Source of the DNA: an uncultured delta proteobacterium
GTDB taxonomy: Bacteria; Desulfobacterota; Desulfobacteria; Desulfobacterales; SG8-13
NCBI GenBank assembly: GCA_963848135.1
Contig: CAWKCK010000003.1
Span: 310,001-374,000, forward strand
Direction of reading: 5' to 3'
Length of the DNA: 64,000 nt
Position 1 is the first letter of the stretch; each line of letters starts with the position of its first letter. The notes beneath the pieces are model-generated. The model ran no database searches. It was given only the letters and a program-made list of their open reading frames with translations, and was not told the DNA's origin. This document shows positions 49,500-57,847 of this stretch, in pieces. A program made the translations under genes and the position numbers.

Positions 49500-50465
49500 A
49501 TGAAAACTCCTCCAGACGAACCTGATCGACCTGTTGCCCACGCAGCCAAAGGAAAACTGTCTTCAATAGAAAAGCAGCTTATCGGGCGACGAATGATCAG
49601 AGATGCTGCCCGGTATATTGACCGACACATTAGCCGCCAACCACCTGTCCAGCGGTTTTTCAGTTTTATGCCCACAATGCTGACGCGGGTTTCGCCATTC
49701 CATTTCAAAAACCGTACGAAATTGAGAGACTGGCCTCTGGTTCGGCTCGATTCGGGCGATGTAAACGCATGGGGCAGGATGCGGGTGGTTGGTGAACTCC
49801 TGGTCATTTTCGACGAGACTGTTCTTTTTTGTCTCTTAAGCCTGATGAGCCGCTACCAGAACGATGCCTTTGAGTCCACTCTGGCCGAACTCAGTGGAAT
49901 TGCCGGCCTGACGCCCACAGCCGCTAATTTTAACGCTATCTGGAAAAGTATTCAGCGGTTGGCCGGAACCCGTATCGATCTCGAACTGACCAGCGGAAGC
50001 GGCAAGAAACGCCGGGTACTTAAAGAAATGACCGGTTCGATTCTTAGTTACGGAGACCTCGATCGTGAAAGCGGAATTGTCAGAACGGTCATAAATCCCT
50101 ATTTCATCGAGATGTATGCCGAGAGTTTCGTGACCAACATCGACCTTCGATTTCGGGCCGAATTGAAATCCGATATCAGTAAAGCCTTTTACCGGTATTT
50201 CCAGGGACAATATGCAAAGAAAATCACGATTGACCTTTTGCGTCTGGCACGCTCAGTCAACATCGATACGCAACAGCCCCACGACCGCCTGCGAAACCAA
50301 GTAAAGAGAGGCTTACGGGAACTTCAAAACCGCGGTTACCTGGAAAATTTCGAAATTACCACAGACAATCGGGCAACCATTATAAAATCGCGGCACACCG
50401 CACTGAAAATCGATGTTCCAATTTTTGATTCCCCTCGCATTGATCCTCCCAACCACGTCAGTTAA
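49500..50465 (+). CDS. TrfA/RepA-like winged-helix replication initiator homologue
   Basis: Pattern PTMLTRVSPF...GELLVIFDETVL...SIQRL...GSIL...INPYF...NIDLRFRAEL...KRGLRELQNRGYL resembles TrfA-family initiators (by eye only). Confidence 0.6.
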   Translation: MKTPPDEPDRPVAHAAKGKLSSIEKQLIGRRMIRDAARYIDRHISRQPPVQRFFSFMPTMLTRVSPFHFKNRTKLRDWPLVRLDSGDVNAWGRMRVVGELLVIFDETVLFCLLSLMSRYQNDAFESTLAELSGIAGLTPTAANFNAIWKSIQRLAGTRIDLELTSGSGKKRRVLKEMTGSILSYGDLDRESGIVRTVINPYFIEMYAESFVTNIDLRFRAELKSDISKAFYRYFQGQYAKKITIDLLRLARSVNIDTQQPHDRLRNQVKRGLRELQNRGYLENFEITTDNRATIIKSRHTALKIDVPIFDSPRIDPPNHVS

Positions 50466-50515
50466 TATTTCGGGCAAGACTTGAATATAAAATCCCTCAA
50501 TGCGAAAAAAAATTC

Positions 50516-50542
50516 TAAAGTTCGCCTGGATACAGCCGATAA
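50516..50542 (+). promoter_or_regulatory. Sigma28 (FliA) promoter
   Basis: TAAA-N15-GCCGATAA exact consensus upstream of flgM. Confidence 0.85.
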
Positions 50543-50644
50543 GAAGAGCAGACAGTCACGTAATTGACATTGCAATGTGGTTGGGATAACATAGCGACAC
50601 AGGCCAAAAGGGCAACGCCCCGCAGCATTCAAAGGAGTTTCAAA

Positions 50645-50950
50645 ATGGAAATATCTGATAAAAACCCGGTCCAAATAAACACCTACGTCAATCAGGTCCA
50701 ACAAAATTCGGCCCCATCGGCAAAAACCAGCCAAAAAGATGGGACCCGGACAGGCGAAGATAGTGTCGATTTGTCTCAAAGTGCCAAAGATCTCAAATTA
50801 GCACAGGCAGCGCTTCGGGAGCTTCCCGATATCCGGAGTGAGAAGATTTCGCACTTAAAACAGCAGATTGACGACGGCACCTATGATATAAGCGCTACAA
50901 AGATTGCGGGAAAAATGATCGAAGAATCACTTAAAAACAAATTGGCTTGA
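50645..50950 (+). CDS. flgM: Anti-sigma28 factor FlgM
   Basis: DSVDLS, IRSEKISHLKQQIDDGTY, KIAGKM; AGGAG RBS; sigma28 promoter. Confidence 0.92.
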   Translation: MEISDKNPVQINTYVNQVQQNSAPSAKTSQKDGTRTGEDSVDLSQSAKDLKLAQAALRELPDIRSEKISHLKQQIDDGTYDISATKIAGKMIEESLKNKLA

Positions 50951-51226
50951 CCGGATAGCCCCGTTTACGATCGCGTTTAATCCTCAATAATCCTTTTGTA
51001 CGTTCGTCATTGGCGCCAACCGCAAACGTACAATTCCCCCTGGTTTTCTCGTCATTCACTACCACCGAAAAGTTTAGCACAGCCAGCGGCATCTGTTGCC
51101 AGTCTTCGTGTTATACCGCTCTTCAAAAATAAACTCCGAAATACGGAAAATTGTTGTATGTGATTTTAGAAAAAAACCGTTCGAATAACGGAAGGATTTT
51201 TTAACAGCCACGATATCCGTCTTTTT

Positions 51227-52231
51227 TTATTGGAGATCCTTAGACAACTGTTTCCTGTATCGCCGGTAAAGTCCGCGAAATTGATGATACGTCAACGCCA
51301 AGATAGCCGCTGCTTTTTTCTGGTTAAACTGGGCCGCTCGCAGGGCGTCTTCAAGCAATTTGAGTTTGAACTCATCAATAGCTGTTTTAAATGGCTTTCT
51401 CAAAGTGCGCTGATTCACGGGCGTTTCATTGTCAGATCGGATCGTTGGTGTTGGGGCCTCAGGCGTTGGCCGTTCGAACGGATTGACAAATGGATCAAAA
51501 ACGACTGTCGAAATCATCGAACCTTCCGCGCGGTAAACAGCCCGCTCAACAACGTTCTTTAATTCCCGGATATTACCGGGCCAGGCATAGGTTGTCAGAG
51601 CTTCAACTGCCGCAGTGCTGAATTTCGGAAGTGTTTCCCTTCCCATCTCAAATGCCATGCGGGCCGCAAAATGATCGGCCAGAATCAGGATGTCCTCTCC
51701 ACGCGCCCTTAACGGTGGCAAAAAAAGAACTTCAAAAGAAAGACGATCGAGTAAATCCTGCTTGAAACGATCGGTTCTGACAAGTTCTTTCATATCCGCA
51801 TTGGTTGCCGCAATGATCCGCACATCGACATCGATGCTCTCAGAGCTCCCGACCCGTTCGAAGGTACTGTATTCGACGACCCGCAGGATTTTCTCCTGCA
51901 CCTCTATCGGAATTATACCAACTTCATCGAGAAATAGCGTACCGTTGTTTGCCGATTCAAACCGCCCGCGGCGACGCTGGGCGGCCCCGGTAAAAGCACC
52001 TTTCTCAAAACCGAACAGTTCGGCCTCAATCAGCGGGGGGGAAAGCGCAGCGCAATTGAGGGTTACGAACGATCCTTGCCAACGCGTGGAAAGGTAGTGC
52101 AACCGCGCGGCTGCCAATTCCTTACCGGTACCGCGTTCACCGATAAGTAGAACCGGTCGATTGATTGGTGCGACCCGTGAGAGGCGTTCCTGAAATTCGA
52201 GAAAAATCTCCGATTGGCCCAGTGCTTCCAT
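51227..52231 (-). CDS. pspF: Phage shock operon activator PspF (sigma54 enhancer-binding protein lacking a regulatory domain)
   Basis: GERGTGKE, GAFTGA, LFLDE, DLLDRL, WPGNIRELKN, C-terminal LTYHQFRG; divergent from pspA. Confidence 0.95.
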   Translation of the reverse strand: MEALGQSEIFLEFQERLSRVAPINRPVLLIGERGTGKELAAARLHYLSTRWQGSFVTLNCAALSPPLIEAELFGFEKGAFTGAAQRRRGRFESANNGTLFLDEVGIIPIEVQEKILRVVEYSTFERVGSSESIDVDVRIIAATNADMKELVRTDRFKQDLLDRLSFEVLFLPPLRARGEDILILADHFAARMAFEMGRETLPKFSTAAVEALTTYAWPGNIRELKNVVERAVYRAEGSMISTVVFDPFVNPFERPTPEAPTPTIRSDNETPVNQRTLRKPFKTAIDEFKLKLLEDALRAAQFNQKKAAAILALTYHQFRGLYRRYRKQLSKDLQ

Positions 52232-52442
52232 GATTTAGCTGTGGCTTAATCCTCAAGACAGAAAAGTTAAAAACAGCGCGGTGAATAATGCTGACCACCG
52301 TCAACGCAACACCACTTGACGATAGGCAAAATATACCATTAATAGGTATTTTATGCTTAATTATAGTTTAATATGCCAAATAACGGCCGAAGATGTCAAC
52401 CGTTATTTTCGTAAACGACTGATAATAAACTATTATTTTGTT

Positions 52443-52458
52443 TGGCATGTTATGTGCA
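52443..52458 (+). promoter_or_regulatory. Sigma54 promoter of the psp operon
   Basis: TGGCATGTTATGTGCA (GG-N10-GC) 35 nt upstream of pspA. Confidence 0.8.
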
Positions 52459-52492
52459 AATTACCCCCTTAAACGACTTTGGGAGGTAAATC

Positions 52493-53167
52493 ATGGGTAT
52501 ATTTACTAGATTTAGAGATATTGTCAGCTCAAACATAAACGCTATGCTCGACCGGGCCGAAGACCCCGAGAAACTTCTCAAACTGATGATCCGGGAAATG
52601 GAAGATACTTTGGTCGAACTCAAGGCCTCCTGTGCCGGCGTGATGGCCGACAGCAAAAAAATCCAGCGTCAAATTGATGAACTCATGGTCCGTACAAGCG
52701 CATGGGAAGAAAAGGCCACCCTGGCGGTTCGCAGAGACCGCGACGATCTGGCACGTGATGCCTTGCGCCAAAAACGCTTTTATGCAATACGATTGAAAGA
52801 GTTGCAGCAGAACCGAAACGAGCTCAGCATTCTCGTTGATCAGTATCATGACGACATTCGCGAATTGGAGGACCGGCTGAAATCCGCTCGCGACAAGCAG
52901 AAGCTGCTGATTCATCGACATGTTCATGCCCGCAATAAAATGGACGCCCAACACGAAATCCGCCGCGCTGACAGCACAGAGGTCATACTTAAGTTCGAGG
53001 AATTCGAGAAGCGGATCGACCGAATGGAATCGGAAGCGGACCTGGTCAATATCGGTCGGCAAAATACTCTCGAGGAAGAGCTTGACAAGCTTACGGTAGA
53101 TGAGGAAATTGAAGCTGAATTGTCGGCGCTTAAAAGACCATCGGCCGGAGAAAGCAATCAGTTATAG
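52493..53167 (+). CDS. pspA: Phage shock protein A
   Basis: MGIFTRFRDIVSSNINAMLDRAEDPEK N-terminus; coiled coil. Confidence 0.96.
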   Translation: MGIFTRFRDIVSSNINAMLDRAEDPEKLLKLMIREMEDTLVELKASCAGVMADSKKIQRQIDELMVRTSAWEEKATLAVRRDRDDLARDALRQKRFYAIRLKELQQNRNELSILVDQYHDDIRELEDRLKSARDKQKLLIHRHVHARNKMDAQHEIRRADSTEVILKFEEFEKRIDRMESEADLVNIGRQNTLEEELDKLTVDEEIEAELSALKRPSAGESNQL

Positions 53168-53264
53168 TCTCCATATAGGCACCGATTGACCATAAAAACT
53201 GACATCACCATCGGGCCGGCTTTGGATCCATGGAATAGCAAAGTGGAGGGAAGGGGAGCCAGAT

Positions 53265-53537
53265 ATGCAGGGGGCTTTTATCACAGCGATCGTCTTCGGC
53301 GGCATTGTCATATCGCTGGCCGTTATCGGGACCACGATCCTGTTGGGCATCCGCCTCATCAAGGGTGGCGTATCCAGTAAACATCGCCAACAAGATACCG
53401 ATGATACGAGAACGATACAGATTATTTACCGCGAACTTTCTCGAATTGAAGAACGTGTTGGCGCGCTTGAAACAATTCTGATGGATCGCGGAAAAGGAGC
53501 AGGTCATGAAGAAACGTTCAGAAACACTCAAGCCTAA
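53265..53537 (+). CDS. pspB: PspB-like membrane protein
   Basis: N-terminal TM, C-terminal RIEERVGALETILMD; between pspA and pspC. Confidence 0.75.
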   Translation: MQGAFITAIVFGGIVISLAVIGTTILLGIRLIKGGVSSKHRQQDTDDTRTIQIIYRELSRIEERVGALETILMDRGKGAGHEETFRNTQA

Positions 53538-53892
53538 CGGCCTATATCGCTCGCGCAAAGGCACTATTCTGGGTGTCTGCCGGGGCCTGGCGGACTATTT
53601 CGATTTCTCTCCTTTCTGGATTCGAACCATAGCCGTGGTCACTCTCATTCTCACTGGTTTCTGGCCGGTTACCGGGCTCTATTTACTGGCCGCACTCATC
53701 ATGAAACCAGAGCCGGTTATCCCCATCGCCGCCGAAGATGAACAGGAATTTTACGACAGCTATACCGGCAACCGCCATAGAGCTGTTCATCGCCTGCGAA
53801 AGCGTTTTGACCGACTGGAACGACGGATCCAAAATATGGAACACATTGTCACTGGCCCCGAGTATGACTGGGACAACCGTATGAAAGGATGA
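53506..53892 (+). CDS. pspC: Phage shock protein C
   Basis: LYRSRKGTILGVCRGLADYF, TM, C-terminal coiled coil. Confidence 0.93.
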   Translation: MKKRSETLKPNGLYRSRKGTILGVCRGLADYFDFSPFWIRTIAVVTLILTGFWPVTGLYLLAALIMKPEPVIPIAAEDEQEFYDSYTGNRHRAVHRLRKRFDRLERRIQNMEHIVTGPEYDWDNRMKG

Positions 53893-54124
53893 CACCGCAG
53901 GTCCGCGAAGGTATAGGCAACCAGACACTTCCGCATAAGTCACCCTCCTTCTGTCTAACGACGGCATTTTTTCTATTACGCACTCAGAATAGCGATCCCC
54001 ATTTTAATATTACATTTAAATTTTACCGAGAACCCCTTGCCAATCTCATCCCGCCTGATTTAAGATATATTTTTCAATGTTTTGCGTTGAATAACTGCCC
54101 CACCTCAAGCCCTCTTCGGTACCC

Positions 54125-55021
54125 ATGAACCTCGATGTAAGAGATAAAACAACATTAAACGCAGACGATGTCTTTCGTTTAAATTTTATTCGCCCACAAT
54201 GCAAATACGTATTCAGGCGCCACTACCGGCAGGGCCTCCGTTCACACATCATGGAAGTGCTCGATCCGGTGGATGTCGCCCGGGAAAAAGACGGGGTGGT
54301 ATCGAATGGAATAAAATGGTTCCCAAGGGCTAAACCGCTGAAAATGCTCCGTGTTTTCAGGACGCGTTTCGGCTCCATCCTAAAAGCCCACGAGGAGCTG
54401 CGCCGGGTGCTCATCGTCGCTTCTTATCTCGGGCCCGCCGGATACGCGCGATCCGACGAATTTCTTGTCAGTTATCTCTGGAATGACCGACATGAAATCC
54501 TACTTTGCGGATTACAGGAATATATCGAAGGACTGAACATCGAACCCTGGGGATTTCTCAACGCCGAGCGGTTGGCGGAAAATCTTCTTCGTCCGCGACT
54601 CGGCAGCCGCACGACATCGGAAATTGGAAAAAATTCACTTGTCGGACGCATCCACAAGAGTGCCGAGGCGTTCGTCCGCCATGTCAAAGATATGATTTCC
54701 GCGACCGGGCTTATTCCCGATTTGGCCGGAGATGGAAATCTGATTCTCACTGATGCCGGAGACATCAAACTTGTCGATATTAACAACATTTCTCCGGTGT
54801 ATTTTACGCCCCGTATATATTTGGACAACAAGGGTTATCCGGTGTGCGACAAATCGGTCGAAGCCCTGTGCGAAATTGAACGGAATTTGGCCGCAAGTCC
54901 TCCCGACACGAACGATTGGCTATACAGAACGTTCCTTGACCCCGGACGGAAGTATTCCGTCAGTGCCATCGAGAAAGAATTTCATCGTAACGTCAGCCTT
55001 GATACCTTCCGGGACAAATAA
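54125..55021 (+). CDS. Hypothetical protein with protein-kinase-like motifs
   Basis: LQEYIEG (hinge-like), PDLAGDGNL (catalytic-loop-like D...N), IKLVDIN (DFG-like). Confidence 0.6.
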   Translation: MNLDVRDKTTLNADDVFRLNFIRPQCKYVFRRHYRQGLRSHIMEVLDPVDVAREKDGVVSNGIKWFPRAKPLKMLRVFRTRFGSILKAHEELRRVLIVASYLGPAGYARSDEFLVSYLWNDRHEILLCGLQEYIEGLNIEPWGFLNAERLAENLLRPRLGSRTTSEIGKNSLVGRIHKSAEAFVRHVKDMISATGLIPDLAGDGNLILTDAGDIKLVDINNISPVYFTPRIYLDNKGYPVCDKSVEALCEIERNLAASPPDTNDWLYRTFLDPGRKYSVSAIEKEFHRNVSLDTFRDK

Positions 55022-55202
55022 ATACCTCGGGTTTTGATTTGACTTCGGTAAGGGCTGTATTAACAGTATTGGGTAGAGAGTCGCCGCGGAAAATCCTGTG
55101 CGCCGCCACCGTGTCGGCGACAAACCCCACCGCAGGCCTCTCTTTTACGCAGCACATCGAAAATTGAACCTAATTTTTATTGGACCAGGGAAAGAGGTAC
55201 CA

Positions 55203-55412
55203 ATGATAAAAGTTAAGACCTTTACCAGCCCTCTCAGGGTGTTTCACGTCAAGGAAGAACTTGAAAAACTCGATCAGGCTGTAAATCAATTCATCGAACA
55301 GAAAAACATCGCGACAGTTGTTTCGGTCAGTGATACGACGACCACAGATGATACCGGCGCCAGTATCGGTATCATCCGCGTCCTGACCTACGCACCGATA
55401 ACGGACAAATAA
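55203..55412 (+). CDS. Small hypothetical protein (69 aa)
   Basis: GAGG RBS; MIKVKTF...LEKLDQAVNQFI beta-alpha-beta pattern reminiscent of DUF2758/Cse60-like small proteins. Confidence 0.7.
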   Translation: MIKVKTFTSPLRVFHVKEELEKLDQAVNQFIEQKNIATVVSVSDTTTTDDTGASIGIIRVLTYAPITDK

Positions 55413-55584
55413 CGAAGGCCATCAATTCAGGCAATGCTGACCCGCTTCGTGAACGCCAACGGCGGGTGCCAGTTAGTTGACATGCCGATGTGCACATAGG
55501 CATTTAAATCAACGGATTGCCTTAGCGACCAGACAAACAGTCCCGACGTCGCCGGAGGATGACTCTTAGCAGCGCACATCGGAG

Positions 55585-55755
55585 TCAAACACTACAGCAT
55601 TCGTTGAAATACTCAAGGGCCGCCTCAATGGAATCAAAGAGCAGCCAGTCTTGCCATACCGTTTCATCAGCCTTTTTACGTGTCCTCTGAATGGTCGTTC
55701 CGCCGAAATACTCATAAATATCGTCGTAATTTGGATGAATTGTTAAGCGAGTCAC
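55585..55755 (-). CDS. 56-aa hypothetical protein (not in ORF track)
   Basis: GTG start 7 nt after AAAGGAG; MTRLTIHPNYDDIYEYFGGTTIQRTRKKADETVWQDWLLFDSIEAALEYFNECCSV. Confidence 0.75.
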   Translation of the reverse strand: MTRLTIHPNYDDIYEYFGGTTIQRTRKKADETVWQDWLLFDSIEAALEYFNECCSV

Positions 55756-55830
55756 AGCACTTCTCCTTTCTGATGATCACATCCATAATTTCGTTGGCGG
55801 CCGCTGTATCAGGCCGCGACATCGGTTCGT

Positions 55831-55995
55831 TCAACGAAGCCGGTCGATATGGAGATGACAGCCACATTTAGGACAATGGGAGAGAACACCCCCGACAGGA
55901 TTGACTGTCTGCCAGAAAATGGTGCGACACCTTGTATCCGACAGTAAATACTGGACCCACACTGAAAATCCGCATGTACAAAATCTTCGTTGCAT
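55831..55995 (-). CDS. 54-aa zinc-ribbon-like protein (not in ORF track)
   Basis: ATG after AAAGGGGGTG; MQRRFCTCGFSVWVQYLLSDTRCRTIFWQTVNPVGGVLSHCPKCGCHLHIDRLR with CxCG and CxxCG. Confidence 0.75.
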   Translation of the reverse strand: MQRRFCTCGFSVWVQYLLSDTRCRTIFWQTVNPVGGVLSHCPKCGCHLHIDRLR

Positions 55996-56029
55996 TCGAC
56001 ACCCCCTTTGTTTATTTATATTGCAATTA

Positions 56030-56045
56030 GTTTATTAAAATAAAC
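56030..56045. promoter_or_regulatory. Palindromic operator candidate GTTT-N8-AAAC
   Basis: GTTTATT-AA-AATAAAC overlapping a minus-strand TTGCGC-N16-TAAACT promoter candidate; extra half-site GTTTATT at 56010-56016. Confidence 0.6.
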
Positions 56046-56068
56046 AGCATGCGCAAAAAAAATCGCGC

Positions 56069-56722
56069 CTAACGGAATTCCCGCCCTACCCAGATAACCT
56101 TGCCGATAATTCGAATACTCCCACACTCGCTGCCTTTCAGAAAAATCGGGGCATAATCCCTATTCTCACTGAGCAATACCAGTTTGTTGGGATGTTTCTC
56201 GACCCGCTTGACCATAATTGTATCATCGACACCCACAGCATAAACCGCTCCGGCCAGAATGTCTTTCTGGGATTCATCAATCAGGACACTGTCACCATCT
56301 TTGAGCTCTGGCTCCATACTGTTTCCGAAAATATCCATGAGAACCATTCGGTCCGGATTACCTTTGGTCCGCAACCATTCCGTTTGAAATGCGTAATAGC
56401 CCTGGATCTCCGTTCCGATTTCGAATGAACCACCACCCGCACTGAGCCGCGCCTTAACCTTGGGAACATGTTTGAAGAGAAGCTCTTCATCGCCTCCCGG
56501 CCGAAGATAGGTTTCGCCGTTGCCGGTTTCCAACCATTCCGGATTGAGACTGTATGTGCGAAATAGCTGCAGAATCCAATTGGCCGGAACGGACGCTTTT
56601 TTGCGCGCCTGGGTAATGGCAGACCGGTTAACGCGCAGAATATTGGCCAACTCGGTTTGTGAGTCGATACCGGTTGCAGAAAAGACGCGCTTCAAAAAAG
56701 AGTCGAAATTGGTCGGCGGCAC
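56069..56722 (-). CDS. CI/LexA-like repressor: N-terminal HTH plus S24 autopeptidase
   Basis: SQTELANILRVNRSAIT HTH, LNPEWLETG, cleavage site LSAGGG, catalytic GNSMEP (Ser) and MVKR (Lys). Confidence 0.92.
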   Translation of the reverse strand: MPPTNFDSFLKRVFSATGIDSQTELANILRVNRSAITQARKKASVPANWILQLFRTYSLNPEWLETGNGETYLRPGGDEELLFKHVPKVKARLSAGGGSFEIGTEIQGYYAFQTEWLRTKGNPDRMVLMDIFGNSMEPELKDGDSVLIDESQKDILAGAVYAVGVDDTIMVKRVEKHPNKLVLLSENRDYAPIFLKGSECGSIRIIGKVIWVGREFR

Positions 56723-56866
56723 TTATTGCCCTCAAGAATAGATTCGTCGATGTTAAAGTTATTTATTACGTTTGCCGGAAAGTGATAGCGTCAGTATCCC
56801 ACTTTCTGTTAGCCTTTCAATCTGAATCATTCAACGCCATCAATGCGTAGATACATTAACACGTTT

Positions 56867-56882
56867 GTTTATATTATACAAC
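56867..56882. promoter_or_regulatory. Second operator candidate upstream of the S24 repressor
   Basis: GTTTATATTATACAAC, same 16-bp GTT-N10-AAC frame; contains a minus-strand TATAAT. Confidence 0.5.
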
Positions 56883-57079
56883 AGCTTTTTTTACAGTAAC
56901 TGCCCATGCGCCCAATGACCATCATAGCGCTCCTTTTCCTCGGGATGTGCGCGATATCGACGATACCATTGGGAGCAATGGCGGGAATTGATCATGATGC
57001 GGGTAACGAAAATTCGACAATCGCCGTGGTAGTTCATCCCCAGAAGCAAATTGCTGATGCCGCCATTCGAAATGTGGCC

Positions 57080-57340
57080 CTAAAGAACTTCCTGCTTGGT
57101 GCTGTTAAATATGTCCTTCCATTGGGCGTAGGGTATGACTTTGATTTCTTTCAGATCACTGGCTGGAATGAGACCAACGGTGGAATTTGGTAGGTAATAT
57201 CCCTGCTGACCCTTGTGAGGTCCTTCTTCGAGAACCCAACCGTCCTGCAACGCAACTTTCTTCCCGACAATTTTTTGGATGCTATCAGAATTGTAATTGG
57301 TCAGGCTGGACGGCTGGAAAATGGCTTCAAAGTACATCAT
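57080..57340 (-). CDS. 86-aa hypothetical protein (possibly small beta-barrel/SH3-like)
   Basis: GGAGGT RBS; ...GKKVALQDGWVLEEGPHKGQQGYYLP...GLIPASDL. Confidence 0.7.
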   Translation of the reverse strand: MMYFEAIFQPSSLTNYNSDSIQKIVGKKVALQDGWVLEEGPHKGQQGYYLPNSTVGLIPASDLKEIKVIPYAQWKDIFNSTKQEVL

Positions 57341-57351
57341 GAGTCACCTCC

Positions 57352-57384
57352 AAAAAAATGAAGCGGCACCGTTTCCGGTCCGCT
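57352..57384 (-). terminator. Terminator-like hairpin immediately before the RBS of the 86-aa gene
   Basis: AGCGG-ACCG-GAAA-CGGT-G-CCGCT followed by TCATTTTTTT. Confidence 0.6.
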
Positions 57385-57535
57385 GTGTATAATTTAGTGG
57401 GGTATGGATGGGTTTGTTCCGCCGGCTGCAGCCGTAGTAGATATTTTTTTTGGTTTGTGACTGGGTCTGTCGGCTGAAACACTATTGAATAAGCCCCTTA
57501 AGATCACTGGCTTTAGCAATGATATCCCAAATGCG

Positions 57536-57584
57536 AAATAAAAAGCAGTCCCGGCCAAGAGATGCTCTCGGGTCCGTACTGCTT
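57536..57584 (-). terminator. Terminator-like hairpin just downstream of a promoter candidate
   Basis: AAGCAGT...GAGA-GCA-TCTC...ACTGCTT followed by TTTATTT. Confidence 0.5.
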
Positions 57585-57847
57585 GATTAAACTTTAAAAT
57601 AAACACACAATCTGCATAATGTCAAATGACAAATATATTTTTTTAATATAAAGGTACTATTATTAGAAACAACTAACAGCGGTGAATCTGATTGACGAAA
57701 AACACACCCGACAGCTATGTTGGTATTGGGCAGTACATCCTCTTAGCGGATCTTCGTCGAACCGGAACTCCCCTTCAGAGGAACCAGGCCGATCGCATTG
57801 GGCCGGTAAAACCGTTTTAAAAACACTTACAGAGAGCTTCTTGTAAC

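Noticed and set aside
56069..56722. Prophage interpretation of the CI-like repressor
   Set aside because: No integrase, att-like repeats, divergent cro, replication or virion genes seen nearby.
56906..57193. 95-aa plus-strand ORF with signal-peptide-like start
   Set aside because: No RBS and it overlaps the better-supported minus-strand 86-aa gene by 114 nt.
57394..57606. 70-aa minus-strand ORF
   Set aside because: GTG start falls inside the promoter candidate, no RBS, and it runs through a terminator-like hairpin.
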